A stretch of DNA of 64,000 bases from a virus. Made by a program: the position numbers and the translations under genes. Below the pieces are notes generated by a model that ran no database searches, was not told the origin of the DNA, and saw only the letters and a program-made list of their open reading frames with translations. Positions 26,318 through 36,067 of the stretch are shown one piece after another; positions within the stretch are counted from its first letter, which is position 1, and each line of letters starts with the position of its first letter. Where the stretch lies: the IMG/VR virus record IMGVR_UViG_3300035183_000841, positions 20,710 to 84,709 of that record. One strand, given 5' to 3'.

Positions 26318-29047
26318 GTGATGCAATCGATAAGTGCAAACCTTACGAGCGCTCTCGGCGCTGGAGTTCTTTCTCCGAAAACCCGTATCGTTATGCATCT
26401 ATCGAACAACCGCACAGGCTCCCCTACCGTCACCGCCGATACCGACAAGAACAAGGTAGCGATAGTTGACGGTTGGTACGTCCCTTCCATGAAGTTCGCG
26501 AGAACCGATTCGGAATACCTCACTGACGACTGGGCTAGGATATGGCCGATGGATGTCGGCACGAACACGAAGGTGCCATGGACCAGCTCATCGAATCCAC
26601 CCACCACCATAACCGTCGACTACGGTCAACCGGTGAACTGCAACAAGATACTCATCAGCACTGACCCATTCGTCGATCGGGCCACCCAGATAACGGTGCA
26701 GATAGATAAAGGTTCCGGGTTCCAGACAATCGCCAACAACTATTCGCCTAGCGGGTACCTGACTGAACTATACCTGCAATCATCTGATGGGAACACCTGG
26801 AGCGATACAGTCAACAGGAACTATCTGACGCAGATCTATAAAGTCAGAGTAACCATCAATGCAACAGCATCTGGATACCCCGTCCAGGTCTATGAGATTG
26901 ATGCCATGATCGAGGCAGATATATCTGATGATGTACTATCCTGGACCATAAATAAAGACAGAGACATCTCTTCCCAAACAGCATCACCTATCGGGATGAG
27001 CAATGCCAATTCTGCATCGATAACGCTCGACAACTCATCGAATAAGTACAACAACGAGTCATCTCAGAGCCCATACAAGGACATGCTATACCCGAACGTC
27101 AGGTTCGATATATGGCTCGGTTTCAAACTCCCAGATTCCTCATACGAATATGTGAAACAGGGGGTTTTCTACGCAGACTCTTGGGATATGTCCAACGACA
27201 CATCTCAGGTCAGCGTTTCATGTCGAGATGGCTCGAAATTCCTGCAAGATTACAAAGTAACTTCGATCCTGTATGAAAACTGGCAGATAAGTGACATCAT
27301 GCGCGATATCACGGAACGAGCTGGCATAAAGGATAAAGCCATCGACACTTCCCTATCGCTAGATATCACGAGACCAGAAGGTGATCATGTAGATATCATC
27401 GATGTCGAGGACACCGTATGTATCCCGAAACGCCATACCGTTTGGACCGTGGATGACCAAACCTACTGGCAGTTCCTGCAAGAAATCGCACTTGCAGATC
27501 TAGGGTCATTCTATTTCGATGAGACCGGCACTTTCGTGTTCCAAACCAAAGAGTGGATGAAGAAAACCACGGTGAACCTCACCTTAGATCAGGATGTACA
27601 CATCATCTCCGCCAAGCACAGGAACGAGATCGTGAAGAACAGCTTCAGCATCGAGTACACGATACCGAAAGTGACAGATCACAGCGTCGGCCTTTGGGAG
27701 GCCGATGATCCCACCATCCTCGATGCAACGACCCTTGGAGGTTCCATCGCCGCGAGTAACACCGTTATCCCAGCCGGTGATATCAGCGACTGGCCAAAGA
27801 AGGGCTACATCAAGATAGACGACGAGATAATCCGTTACGATAACAGAACCGACAGTGCTTTCTACAACTGCGCTAGGGGAGAACTGCATACCAATCCTGC
27901 TAGCCACTCTGGTGGTAAAACGATATATGAGATAAGGAAGTTCGAGGTCGAATTCTCACAAGCCCCGGCAACAGATGTCGCGATCCTTTTTACGAATGAG
28001 GTGTACACAGACATCATCGCAACCAACTTCGGTCCGTTCAAGGGTGAGTTCTACCTCCTGAACAACAACAGTGGCCTTACCATCGTTGAAGGTGCGCACG
28101 TCGAAACCGCGCTAGATGGACTTCCAGAGTTCCTCATCATCTACGGCAGGGCGATAGACGACCAAGAACCGCAAACGATAAACGTTCGAGACGATACATC
28201 GATACGCAGATGGGGAGAACAAGAGTTCGTGATATCGTTACCATGGGTGCAATCAGAGATACACGCTAAAACACTAGCCGATTTCATGGTTGACGTGTTC
28301 AAGAAGCCCGTAGTATTCATCGATGCCGAAGTGTTCGCCATACCGCACCTGCAGATCGGTGATATCGTCAAGATCAACTATCCACGACTCGGAGTTCAGT
28401 CCAAGGCTTTCCATGTGGTGGGGATCACCATATCCGGCGGAGTGCCAGCAATCTCGCAGAGCCTAAGACTGAGGTCGGTGACGGTACATGACATGACGAC
28501 GTATGACATTATCACGAAGCCGCACTCAGTCGATGCTCTCTTAAAGGCGAGGAAGACAAGATCGGCCGCTATCGATGCCTACATAAACAAGAGATCCGTA
28601 AAGGTATCTATAGATTCATCGATACTGTTACGCGCAAGGACATCACACTATATCGACGCATATGTGTCCAAACCTACTGTTTCCCACTCGATAGATGCAT
28701 TCATACCTTCATACAACAAGGTTATACATAACCTGATAACCCAGATCACAGCCGCAAATAAGATTACCTGCAATGTTTTCTCGAGCACCAAGAAGACGAT
28801 CAATATCACCGGCGATGTTTCTTCTGCAATCCAAAAGACAAGCAAGATTAACCACTTAATGGACTCGAGCACCAAGAAGACGATCAACATTAACAACTCA
28901 ACGAACTCGGACATCAAGAAGACGACCCAGACCAACCACTCAATGAACTCGGACATCAAGAAGACGATTAAGACCAACCACTCAATGAACTCGGGCATCA
29001 AGAAGACGACCCAGACCAACCACTCAATGGACTCCATGATATCATAA
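26318..29047 (+). CDS. Tail tip/baseplate hub protein with C-terminal repeats
   Basis: ASITLDN, GVFYADSW, FYFDETG, SIRRWGEQ, PHLQIGDIVKI. Confidence 0.75.
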   Translation: MMQSISANLTSALGAGVLSPKTRIVMHLSNNRTGSPTVTADTDKNKVAIVDGWYVPSMKFARTDSEYLTDDWARIWPMDVGTNTKVPWTSSSNPPTTITVDYGQPVNCNKILISTDPFVDRATQITVQIDKGSGFQTIANNYSPSGYLTELYLQSSDGNTWSDTVNRNYLTQIYKVRVTINATASGYPVQVYEIDAMIEADISDDVLSWTINKDRDISSQTASPIGMSNANSASITLDNSSNKYNNESSQSPYKDMLYPNVRFDIWLGFKLPDSSYEYVKQGVFYADSWDMSNDTSQVSVSCRDGSKFLQDYKVTSILYENWQISDIMRDITERAGIKDKAIDTSLSLDITRPEGDHVDIIDVEDTVCIPKRHTVWTVDDQTYWQFLQEIALADLGSFYFDETGTFVFQTKEWMKKTTVNLTLDQDVHIISAKHRNEIVKNSFSIEYTIPKVTDHSVGLWEADDPTILDATTLGGSIAASNTVIPAGDISDWPKKGYIKIDDEIIRYDNRTDSAFYNCARGELHTNPASHSGGKTIYEIRKFEVEFSQAPATDVAILFTNEVYTDIIATNFGPFKGEFYLLNNNSGLTIVEGAHVETALDGLPEFLIIYGRAIDDQEPQTINVRDDTSIRRWGEQEFVISLPWVQSEIHAKTLADFMVDVFKKPVVFIDAEVFAIPHLQIGDIVKINYPRLGVQSKAFHVVGITISGGVPAISQSLRLRSVTVHDMTTYDIITKPHSVDALLKARKTRSAAIDAYINKRSVKVSIDSSILLRARTSHYIDAYVSKPTVSHSIDAFIPSYNKVIHNLITQITAANKITCNVFSSTKKTINITGDVSSAIQKTSKINHLMDSSTKKTININNSTNSDIKKTTQTNHSMNSDIKKTIKTNHSMNSGIKKTTQTNHSMDSMIS
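28780..29040 (+). repeat. 42-bp (14-aa) tandem repeat within the tail gene
   Basis: Unit near GAACTCGGACATCAAGAAGACGACCCAGACCAACCACTCAAT, about 6 copies with identity falling off upstream. Confidence 0.88.
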
Positions 29048-29051
29048 AGAC

Positions 29052-29357
29052 ATGACTAGGAGGAAGTCGGACAAACAGAGGTCGGACGAGATAACTGAGC
29101 GACTACACAGCATACTTCGCCCTAAAGTCCAACTGATAGAAGATGCTGCATGCGAAGACGGCCAGACATCCATACCTCCTCAAGAAGAAGATGACGAGGG
29201 GTCTGGTATAGACTATGATCTTGTGCCCCCAACGCTCACCGTTGTTTCAGAGACTATGAAGTGCAAACATAAGAAAGACTGGGTAAACATCACTGTCAGC
29301 TATGACGCGGTAGATGATTTTGAATATGAATTCGAAATAATCGAGGCTGATCTCTGA
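29052..29357 (+). CDS. Tail-region hypothetical protein
   Basis: Coupled to the downstream FN3 gene. Confidence 0.6.
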   Translation: MTRRKSDKQRSDEITERLHSILRPKVQLIEDAACEDGQTSIPPQEEDDEGSGIDYDLVPPTLTVVSETMKCKHKKDWVNITVSYDAVDDFEYEFEIIEADL

Positions 29358-30553
29358 TGTCTATAGAGTACAAGACGTTCAAGAGACTCGATTTCGATAC
29401 CAGGTATTTCATCAGGGCTCGAGTGAAGTATAAAGGCAAGGTCAGTCCATGGCTCGAACCACCCCTCGATTACACGACTATGAAGAGGACAGATGTCCCC
29501 GCCCCGACCGGGGTCTCCCTCTCTTTTGACCGCAAGGAGAAGAACAGGCATAACCCTATCCGCTGCATCGTGACATGCGACGAGGTTAAAAACCACTGCG
29601 GTGATGATGTCGATTACTACGTATTCCAACTGTGGAGATGGGATCCCGTAAATTGGTCTCTACTCGACACTGAGCCTGTGCAAAAGGCGAAGGTCGAGGC
29701 AAAAGATGAGGATGCCAACACGACCGTGAAGGCGATATTCACCAATGTCAGACAGAAAGGTTGGTACGTAGCCAGGGTTAGGGCCATCTCTGATCGACAC
29801 AGGAGTAAATGGTCTGCCTTCTCTTCTCCAGGAAGCGCATCCGACTCAGTGGCACCCCCTACACCGTTGAACGTCACTATCCATGACAAGGCGACGAACA
29901 GGATTGTCATCGACTGGGACGCGCCATCAGACGATAACGATAGCGAACAGATACACCCGGATATAGCTTATTTCCAGATACAGCTATCTACTTCAAGTGG
30001 ATTTTCCAGTATCTATAAATTCGATAGATACCATATCGGGACATCTAGGTCATGGAAGATCAGAGAGTCCGATCTAGGCGAGACTTTCTACGCAAGAGTT
30101 AGATCGGTAGATGGTTCAGGGAACAAATCGAGCTGGGTTCCGGCTACCATTATCGGAAACAGCTCACCAAGCGCAACACCAGATGGTGCCACCGTCGGGA
30201 CCGGCAAGACCATCCTCACCTTCACGATAGCAGGAGATGCCCAGGTCAAGGTCTACAAGCCACGAACCCGGGCGGAGGAGGACATGACTATCAAGAGGGT
30301 CACCGGCGACTTCGATGATGTGCCGACGGGGGCGGATCTCATCATCGACATCCTGGTCGGAGGTGTGTCTATCTTCAGTTCGCAAGCGAACATGTTGCAC
30401 ATCCAGGATGGCGGTGACGGTAAAGGAACGACTACCGCGATAGCCAACCCGAATATCTCCGAAGGTCAGTCGATAAAGGTCTCGGTTGTTCAGGTGGGCA
30501 CGAACCAGCCTGGCGGAAACGGTACAGTGCGGCTCGTGTGTACTACGAGGTGA
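29357..30553 (+). CDS. Minor tail protein with fibronectin type III domains
   Basis: APPTPLNVT, IDWDAPSD, YARVRSVDGSGNKSSW. Confidence 0.75.
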   Translation: MSIEYKTFKRLDFDTRYFIRARVKYKGKVSPWLEPPLDYTTMKRTDVPAPTGVSLSFDRKEKNRHNPIRCIVTCDEVKNHCGDDVDYYVFQLWRWDPVNWSLLDTEPVQKAKVEAKDEDANTTVKAIFTNVRQKGWYVARVRAISDRHRSKWSAFSSPGSASDSVAPPTPLNVTIHDKATNRIVIDWDAPSDDNDSEQIHPDIAYFQIQLSTSSGFSSIYKFDRYHIGTSRSWKIRESDLGETFYARVRSVDGSGNKSSWVPATIIGNSSPSATPDGATVGTGKTILTFTIAGDAQVKVYKPRTRAEEDMTIKRVTGDFDDVPTGADLIIDILVGGVSIFSSQANMLHIQDGGDGKGTTTAIANPNISEGQSIKVSVVQVGTNQPGGNGTVRLVCTTR

Positions 30554-30556
30554 TGG

Positions 30557-30883
30557 ATGGTGAGGACGAAGTATTGCCTCCGGGCCCAGTCTGCGAGTTT
30601 CGGACCGTGGCCCCTCACGTTGGGCTTGAGCGAAAGCAATACGACGGTGAACTCGTTCCTGCGGGTATCCCTGTACGTTCTCACGGCGCAGGACGCCATC
30701 CGTGGCTTCATCTACGACGGCAGCAAGTCCTGTCACGTCATGACCCCCAGCGACACCCGGACTTATTTCGGCCACGACCAGGCATACAACTACACACTAC
30801 GCTTGATCACATGGTGGTCGGCCGAGTCATTCAGCGGGATTAGCGGCGGGGAGCTACAGGTCGTCCAGGAGAGGGTGGGATGA
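30557..30883 (+). CDS. Hypothetical tail-region protein
   Basis: GC3-rich codons; ATGA overlap with the next gene. Confidence 0.55.
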   Translation: MVRTKYCLRAQSASFGPWPLTLGLSESNTTVNSFLRVSLYVLTAQDAIRGFIYDGSKSCHVMTPSDTRTYFGHDQAYNYTLRLITWWSAESFSGISGGELQVVQERVG

Positions 30884-31818
30884 CGACCTACAGCTGGCAG
30901 ATACTCCCGTCCCTAGGCTCCTACACCGACTACTCCGATGCCTACGCGATTAACGACTCCGGTAGGATCGTGGGGATTTCGTACCTGGGGAACACAGCGA
31001 ATGCGGTCGCGTGGGATCCAATCTCCGTCGTGAACGCGCTCACATCGGGGCAGAATAGCGCCGCGACGGACGTAAGCTCTAACGGGCACATCTGCGGTCA
31101 GGACAACTTCGGCCACCCCTGCGTGTGGACCTCCCTGGCGGCCAGCCCCATAATCCTCGATGACGGCGGGTATGGGAGCTGGGTCAACCCTCTCGGGATT
31201 AACGGGAGCGGGCAGGTGGTGGCCTTTAACACGCTCTCCAGCTCGCAGTACGGCTGGCTCTGGCCCACCTACGGGTCCACCCATCAGCTCTTGAGCCCTT
31301 TGCCTGGGACGACGAGCTCCGCCGCCTACGCGATTAACGACTCCGGCAGGATCGTGGGGATTTCGTTCCCGAACAATACGCCCACGTACTGGGAAGCCTC
31401 CGATCCCGCCACTCCCTACGCCCTGCCAATCGGGTCGGCGGATGTCGGCAACGCCAATAACATCTCGCCGAGCGGGATCATCTGCGGGAGCGTGCGGATC
31501 GGAGGTGTGTTCTACGGAGCGCTGTGGACGCCCCCCGGATACGCGCTCACCGTCCTTCCGGGATACAACAGCATCTGCTACGGCGTGAACGACGCCGGCG
31601 TGGCCGTCGGGGAGAGCGGTGGGCACGCCTGCGTCTGGGAAGGGGGACTGCTCACCTTCCTGCCCGAGCCTGTCGACGCACCGAACTCCTACGCCGGCGA
31701 GATCAACGCTGACGGCTGGATCGTCGGCCAGGTGGCGGATGCCAACTACAACTACCACGCGACCCTTTGGAGGCCGCAGACTTCCGATCTCTCCGGCTGG
31801 GGCATCATCCTGGTCTGA
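30880..31818 (+). CDS. Beta-propeller repeat protein (HAF-repeat-like)
   Basis: About 7 repeats of A-x-[AG]-IN-x-x-G-x-IVG...W. Confidence 0.75.
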   Translation: MTTYSWQILPSLGSYTDYSDAYAINDSGRIVGISYLGNTANAVAWDPISVVNALTSGQNSAATDVSSNGHICGQDNFGHPCVWTSLAASPIILDDGGYGSWVNPLGINGSGQVVAFNTLSSSQYGWLWPTYGSTHQLLSPLPGTTSSAAYAINDSGRIVGISFPNNTPTYWEASDPATPYALPIGSADVGNANNISPSGIICGSVRIGGVFYGALWTPPGYALTVLPGYNSICYGVNDAGVAVGESGGHACVWEGGLLTFLPEPVDAPNSYAGEINADGWIVGQVADANYNYHATLWRPQTSDLSGWGIILV

Positions 31819-31895
31819 ACTTGGTTCTGAGTTCACCCTCGACAAGAACCATGTGCCCCTAGATTGTCATAATGACTGTGAGGTAATATATAGAT

Positions 31896-32390
31896 ATGCC
31901 TTTCAAACCAGTGCAGTGGCAGGAACTAGAAGTAATCAAAAGTTCCAAACTTAACGACATGGTGAACAACGACGAGTTCCTGTGGCGTCGTAAGGTATCC
32001 GGTTCCGTCCGGAATATAGATCGCGATGGGAACCCTAGGGCCGTTCCTCGATACCTGAATGAGGGGCTCGTGATGTGCGCCGGGTACAACGAGTTCACTC
32101 CAGGAGCCTCATTCCCAGAAGATTCCAAGGATGGTAAGAGGAAGGTTACACCTGTCTTCGAACGGGAGTTCAAGTTCCCGAAAGATACCTTCGACCCAGA
32201 GTTCAAACCCATAGTGATATGCACGGTCGGCACCAAAAACGGCATAAGGAAGATAACCTGGACCATCAAAACAGTATCTTCTTCTAGATTCGTGATAACT
32301 ATACGTGAACTAGCAGCTTCAGCCAGCTTCGAAAGAGACATGGAGTACTTCGTCAATTGGATTGCCATGGGGGTAGGTCTGCTGCCATGA
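31896..32390 (+). CDS. Minor tail/fibre protein (putative)
   Basis: SSKLNDMVNND N-terminus and VNWIAMGV C-terminus. Confidence 0.55.
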   Translation: MPFKPVQWQELEVIKSSKLNDMVNNDEFLWRRKVSGSVRNIDRDGNPRAVPRYLNEGLVMCAGYNEFTPGASFPEDSKDGKRKVTPVFEREFKFPKDTFDPEFKPIVICTVGTKNGIRKITWTIKTVSSSRFVITIRELAASASFERDMEYFVNWIAMGVGLLP

Positions 32391-33577
32391 GATTCAAGGA
32401 AGATGTGACTTGGTACCCTGGCAAACCCGTAACGCTCGAGAGCCTCACCGATATGTACTTCAATGATCTTGCCTTGATGTACGGTAAGCTTGAGTGCAAA
32501 CTCAGCAATATCGACCCTTCAAACTACGAGCGCAGATCTAACAAATGGATCATCAATAAGATCGCCACCTATTCCAATCAATTATCGATAACACCAGGTG
32601 CCGATCTTGGATACGACTCAGATGAACACGCATATTTCACGAAAGAGCACGAGTTCCCGCCAGAGTACTGGCACAAACGATACTTGCCTGTAGTCACCAT
32701 AACCCCAGTAGGGAACCCGACGATTCCGCAAACGGTAACCATCAATAACGTGACACCAAGCAGGATCACCTATACTGTGTTCGTACCAGAGAAGAGGACG
32801 ATAGAGCGAGACAGGGAGTTCAATCTGTCTATCTTCGCCGTAGGTGTCAGGGGAGAAGATTCGATAATCCTCGATTCTGATATCAATCATACCCCTGGGC
32901 CGCCAGATACCGGACTGCAGGTTTGGTACGACGCCCAGTCACTTTCCGGATACTCGAACGGACAATCGGTGCCGTCTTGGCCAGATCTTTCTGGGCATAG
33001 CGGAGCGGCTACGCAACCGACAACAACGGCTCAACCCACCTACCTCTCGTCTGGCATCAACGGTCGTCCGGCCCTGAAGTTCGATGCGAACCAATATTTC
33101 AACATGCCATCCGTTGATTCGGTCAAGGTCCTGGAAGAGTGCACGATTGCAGCCGTAGTACTAGACAGGATGGATGTCGCGGATAGCACCCGTACTTTCA
33201 TAGAAAGGACCCAATCGATACGGGCTATACATGCTACATCTCCACTACGCTGGAAATACGAGGTGGCGAAATCGTCATCCCTATTTGTATCGGTAATCGG
33301 CCCAAATGTGCAAGCCAACACCCCTATCCTGTATATCGGCAATCACTCTGTCAATGACGGTGAAATCAATCTAAGGATAAATGGGATAGACCAAGGGACG
33401 AAAACCGGCTTGACAGAAATAAATTCAGGGACATCTTGGCAAATTGCTCGGCGTGACTCAACTGCCTTCGGCGCGTTCACGATAGGAGAAATACTGGTCT
33501 ACAAGCGCAGACTTACTAAGAACGAGATAGAAGACCTAGAGTATCATCTGGCCAATAAGTGGGGGTTGTCGATATAA
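32387..33577 (+). CDS. Tail fibre/receptor-binding protein with LamG-like domain
   Basis: LQVWYDAQSL, WPDLSG, GINGRPALKFD, IGEILVYKRRL, HLANKWGL. Confidence 0.72.
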   Translation: MRFKEDVTWYPGKPVTLESLTDMYFNDLALMYGKLECKLSNIDPSNYERRSNKWIINKIATYSNQLSITPGADLGYDSDEHAYFTKEHEFPPEYWHKRYLPVVTITPVGNPTIPQTVTINNVTPSRITYTVFVPEKRTIERDREFNLSIFAVGVRGEDSIILDSDINHTPGPPDTGLQVWYDAQSLSGYSNGQSVPSWPDLSGHSGAATQPTTTAQPTYLSSGINGRPALKFDANQYFNMPSVDSVKVLEECTIAAVVLDRMDVADSTRTFIERTQSIRAIHATSPLRWKYEVAKSSSLFVSVIGPNVQANTPILYIGNHSVNDGEINLRINGIDQGTKTGLTEINSGTSWQIARRDSTAFGAFTIGEILVYKRRLTKNEIEDLEYHLANKWGLSI

Positions 33578-33877
33578 CTAGTCGTCTTCTGTCTCTAACC
33601 CAGACAGGATCTCTATACATAAATCGCACGTTATCTGACTTTCCTGATCAAGTGGATGTAGAATTGCGGGGTCAATATCTCTACCCCACATATAGGTCAA
33701 CGTAAACCCACATAAAGTTTGCGGGACAGACACCATCCAGGTTGTGCTATCGATATTCTGTGTTCCAAAACACAGATGGGAAAATCCGTCCACGACATTG
33801 AAAACCCACATAAACCCCTTCAAAGTTAAGTAGTTAATCTCATGCTCTTTCAACGTGATGCCATTCTTAATGGCCAT
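33578..33877 (-). CDS. Small H-CG-CxxC Zn-finger-like protein
   Basis: SHLC...TLCG...ITCDLC. Confidence 0.55.
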   Translation of the reverse strand: MAIKNGITLKEHEINYLTLKGFMWVFNVVDGFSHLCFGTQNIDSTTWMVSVPQTLCGFTLTYMWGRDIDPAILHPLDQESQITCDLCIEILSGLETEDD

Positions 33878-33886
33878 CCCAGACCC

Positions 33887-34084
33887 TCAAGGGATGATAA
33901 GGGTTTCTTTGCCGCAATATCTGCAACGCACCTCGAAACGTCCAACGGTTTCCCACAGATGCCCCCAAGGCCATGACCAGAAACAGGCCCGTGAAGCTAA
34001 TCGCTGTTCCCTCATGTATCGGCGCTCCATCCTACGACACTCACGTATCTCATCAACCATCTGTCGCTTCGTACGCTCTACCAT
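33887..34084 (-). CDS. Small hypothetical protein
   Basis: GGAG SD; CFW..GH..CRYCG. Confidence 0.5.
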   Translation of the reverse strand: MVERTKRQMVDEIRECRRMERRYMREQRLASRACFWSWPWGHLWETVGRFEVRCRYCGKETLIIP

Positions 34085-34094
34085 CACATACTCC

Positions 34095-34277
34095 CTACTG
34101 CTTCCTCTTAGCCCGAAGCGCGGCATCGATCAGGTATTTGTTATAAGACTTCTCCTTGCTTCCACTCTCCAAGATCTTCAATTCACGGATGCGCTTCGCA
34201 CACAGACGGCAGGTACTGAACTTGTCCATGCCGTGCTCGATAAGCCTATCGCCGACGAGATGCGTGATGGTACCCAT
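34095..34277 (-). CDS. Small hypothetical protein
   Basis: GGAGGTG SD; CRLC. Confidence 0.5.
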   Translation of the reverse strand: MGTITHLVGDRLIEHGMDKFSTCRLCAKRIRELKILESGSKEKSYNKYLIDAALRAKRKQ

Positions 34278-34302
34278 CGCTACTCACCTCCCAACTTATC
34301 GC

Positions 34303-34524
34303 TCACTTCGGCCAACACCTCCCCTTGTGACAACGCTCGTGCGCGTGCCTCCGGTATTCCGCGTGACACAGCCTTATGCATTCCGACGAGCGGTGACACA
34401 ACTCGAAGGCGGGACCCCCGTAGTTGTCGAACAGAACCCACAGGGACATACCGCCCATGAAGAGCAGCAGGGGGACACCCATCACCAACAAAATCCCGAT
34501 GGCTTCATCATCCACTAATCTCAC
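34303..34524 (-). CDS. Small membrane protein with Cys-rich tail
   Basis: Hydrophobic helix followed by 5 Cys. Confidence 0.45.
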   Translation of the reverse strand: MRLVDDEAIGILLVMGVPLLLFMGGMSLWVLFDNYGGPAFELCHRSSECIRLCHAEYRRHAHERCHKGRCWPK

Positions 34525-34817
34525 TCCCTAGCTATTTCGTTTTTCTTAAGCACGAAGTCCACACAAATATCACATGTTATCGGCATATCGGTCCTTAACG
34601 GGTTATTGAATAATTGTGACATATCAAGCAGTGCCGTAAATATCGACAGCACCTTTACCCCGCATACCGTTGCTCTACAATCCTTATTAAAGAGGTGGAT
34701 ATTGTCTAGACTAGACACGTAGTAGATATATCCAGCTAAAGTATAGAATACGACTTCTTCCTCTGTCAGATAGATACGCGGTCTATCATTCCCGAACTTC
34801 GTCTGTGTCGACGACAA
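34521..34817 (-). CDS. Small H-CG-CxxC Zn-finger-like protein
   Basis: NIHL...TVCG...ITCDIC; TTG start after GAGGAG. Confidence 0.55.
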   Translation of the reverse strand: MSSTQTKFGNDRPRIYLTEEEVVFYTLAGYIYYVSSLDNIHLFNKDCRATVCGVKVLSIFTALLDMSQLFNNPLRTDMPITCDICVDFVLKKNEIARE

Positions 34818-35223
34818 CCTCTTGCTCCTCGAACGGAAGCAGCTCCACTCCATATAGGACAGGATGGTTCTCCCTAAACCTCCCGGTATTTATGATACTA
34901 CCGTCAGGGAATACCCACGATATACACTGCACGTTCTTCCCGTTCACCGTCTGTTGCCAGCCCACCATATGGATCGTCCAGTTCTTCTCCCCGGTGATGC
35001 CGGACATCGAATGCCGCTTACGGTAAATCAGGCGCTGCCCCGGATCGAGGGCATATGCGATAACGGTGAAGTCTTTCCCCTTCAGGCGAAGGTGGAACTC
35101 CGACACTCTCTTCCTGTCAATATCCTCGTAGCGGTTCTCCGTACCGTCTGGCTCGTGCTGGCGCAAGATGGACCCGTCAGCATAAACCGCAATCCACTCC
35201 AGATTGTCCATTTCATTACTCAT
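34786..35223 (-). CDS. Conserved phage hypothetical protein
   Basis: WIAVYADG, RLIYRKR, VGWQQTVNG; strong coding bias. Confidence 0.7.
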   Translation of the reverse strand: MSNEMDNLEWIAVYADGSILRQHEPDGTENRYEDIDRKRVSEFHLRLKGKDFTVIAYALDPGQRLIYRKRHSMSGITGEKNWTIHMVGWQQTVNGKNVQCISWVFPDGSIINTGRFRENHPVLYGVELLPFEEQEVVVDTDEVRE

Positions 35224-35249
35224 ATATTCATGATACCAGATTCCCCAGA

Positions 35250-35624
35250 CTACTTGGGTATCTCATCGTATGTTACATCGAAATGTGAGATAGCCCATGC
35301 GAAAAGCGCTAGAAGACAGCCCAATGAAAATGGCCTATGGAATCCTAGCCATGTCGCTCCTATGGAACCCGTGAAGAAACCTATCAGCGTTACTATAAGC
35401 CATCTTGGCAGGAAGAACGCGGAAACATAGGTAAGCGGGGGCAATCTGTCCCCCTTATGGAGGAGCGCCACCCCTTCTGGTATGCCGAACCCGATTGCGG
35501 CTGCTACCGCCCATGCCCGGAATGGAACGAAGAACGCTGAGACTAGAAGGGATGCAGCGATAATCCCCCACATGAATATCCACCATCTCGCCCACTGTGA
35601 GGGGCGTTCACTCCACCTCTTCAT
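35250..35624 (-). CDS. Multi-pass membrane protein (holin/antiholin candidate)
   Basis: About 4 hydrophobic segments; near the lysin. Confidence 0.5.
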   Translation of the reverse strand: MKRWSERPSQWARWWIFMWGIIAASLLVSAFFVPFRAWAVAAAIGFGIPEGVALLHKGDRLPPLTYVSAFFLPRWLIVTLIGFFTGSIGATWLGFHRPFSLGCLLALFAWAISHFDVTYDEIPK

Positions 35625-35824
35625 TCTGAGAACCCGTTCACCCCACGGACCTTACGCAGCCAAGCCCGCATCTTCCGGGCTTCCCACCAGATTCGCAACC
35701 TCGATGGCTTCTGCTGTTTCTGCCGTTCACAACGGCAGAACTCTGGGGGCACAACTAGACCGTCATTGATCTCTGCCAATGACCAGTGACCACATTCTCC
35801 CCGTACCGAAACTACCCAATTCAT
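35621..35824 (-). CDS. Small hypothetical protein
   Basis: ATGA-coupled at both ends. Confidence 0.5.
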   Translation of the reverse strand: MNWVVSVRGECGHWSLAEINDGLVVPPEFCRCERQKQQKPSRLRIWWEARKMRAWLRKVRGVNGFSE

Positions 35825-36066
35825 GGCACAGCAGTTCTACTTTTCTTGTTTGGATGTTGCCTAACAGTATTCTCTACCCGCTCCAGACGGTCAACGACCT
35901 TCTCTAGTGCAACCCTGACCTCTGTCAGGGCTTCGGTATGGGCGCTCATATGATTCCCTAGGAATCCTAGTGTGTCATTCATCGTCCTGCGCAGAGTTCT
36001 CGCGACGTGTATAAGTCCGATGATGGCAGCGACACCTACCGTGATATCACCCCACTGTATCACCAC
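35821..36066 (-). CDS. Putative holin (1 TM plus coiled coil)
   Basis: GAGGTG SD; ITVGVAAIIGLI TM segment then heptads; directly after the lysin. Confidence 0.55.
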   Translation of the reverse strand: MVIQWGDITVGVAAIIGLIHVARTLRRTMNDTLGFLGNHMSAHTEALTEVRVALEKVVDRLERVENTVRQHPNKKSRTAVP

Positions 36067-36067
36067 A

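Noticed and set aside
30538-30843. Alternative-frame ORF overlapping 30557-30883
   Set aside because: Poorer third-position GC pattern and no coupling to the downstream gene
30940-31366. 43-nt duplicate as a DGR template/variable repeat pair
   Set aside because: No reverse transcriptase in the window; the single mismatch is T/C, not adenine-specific; both copies are in-frame propeller blades
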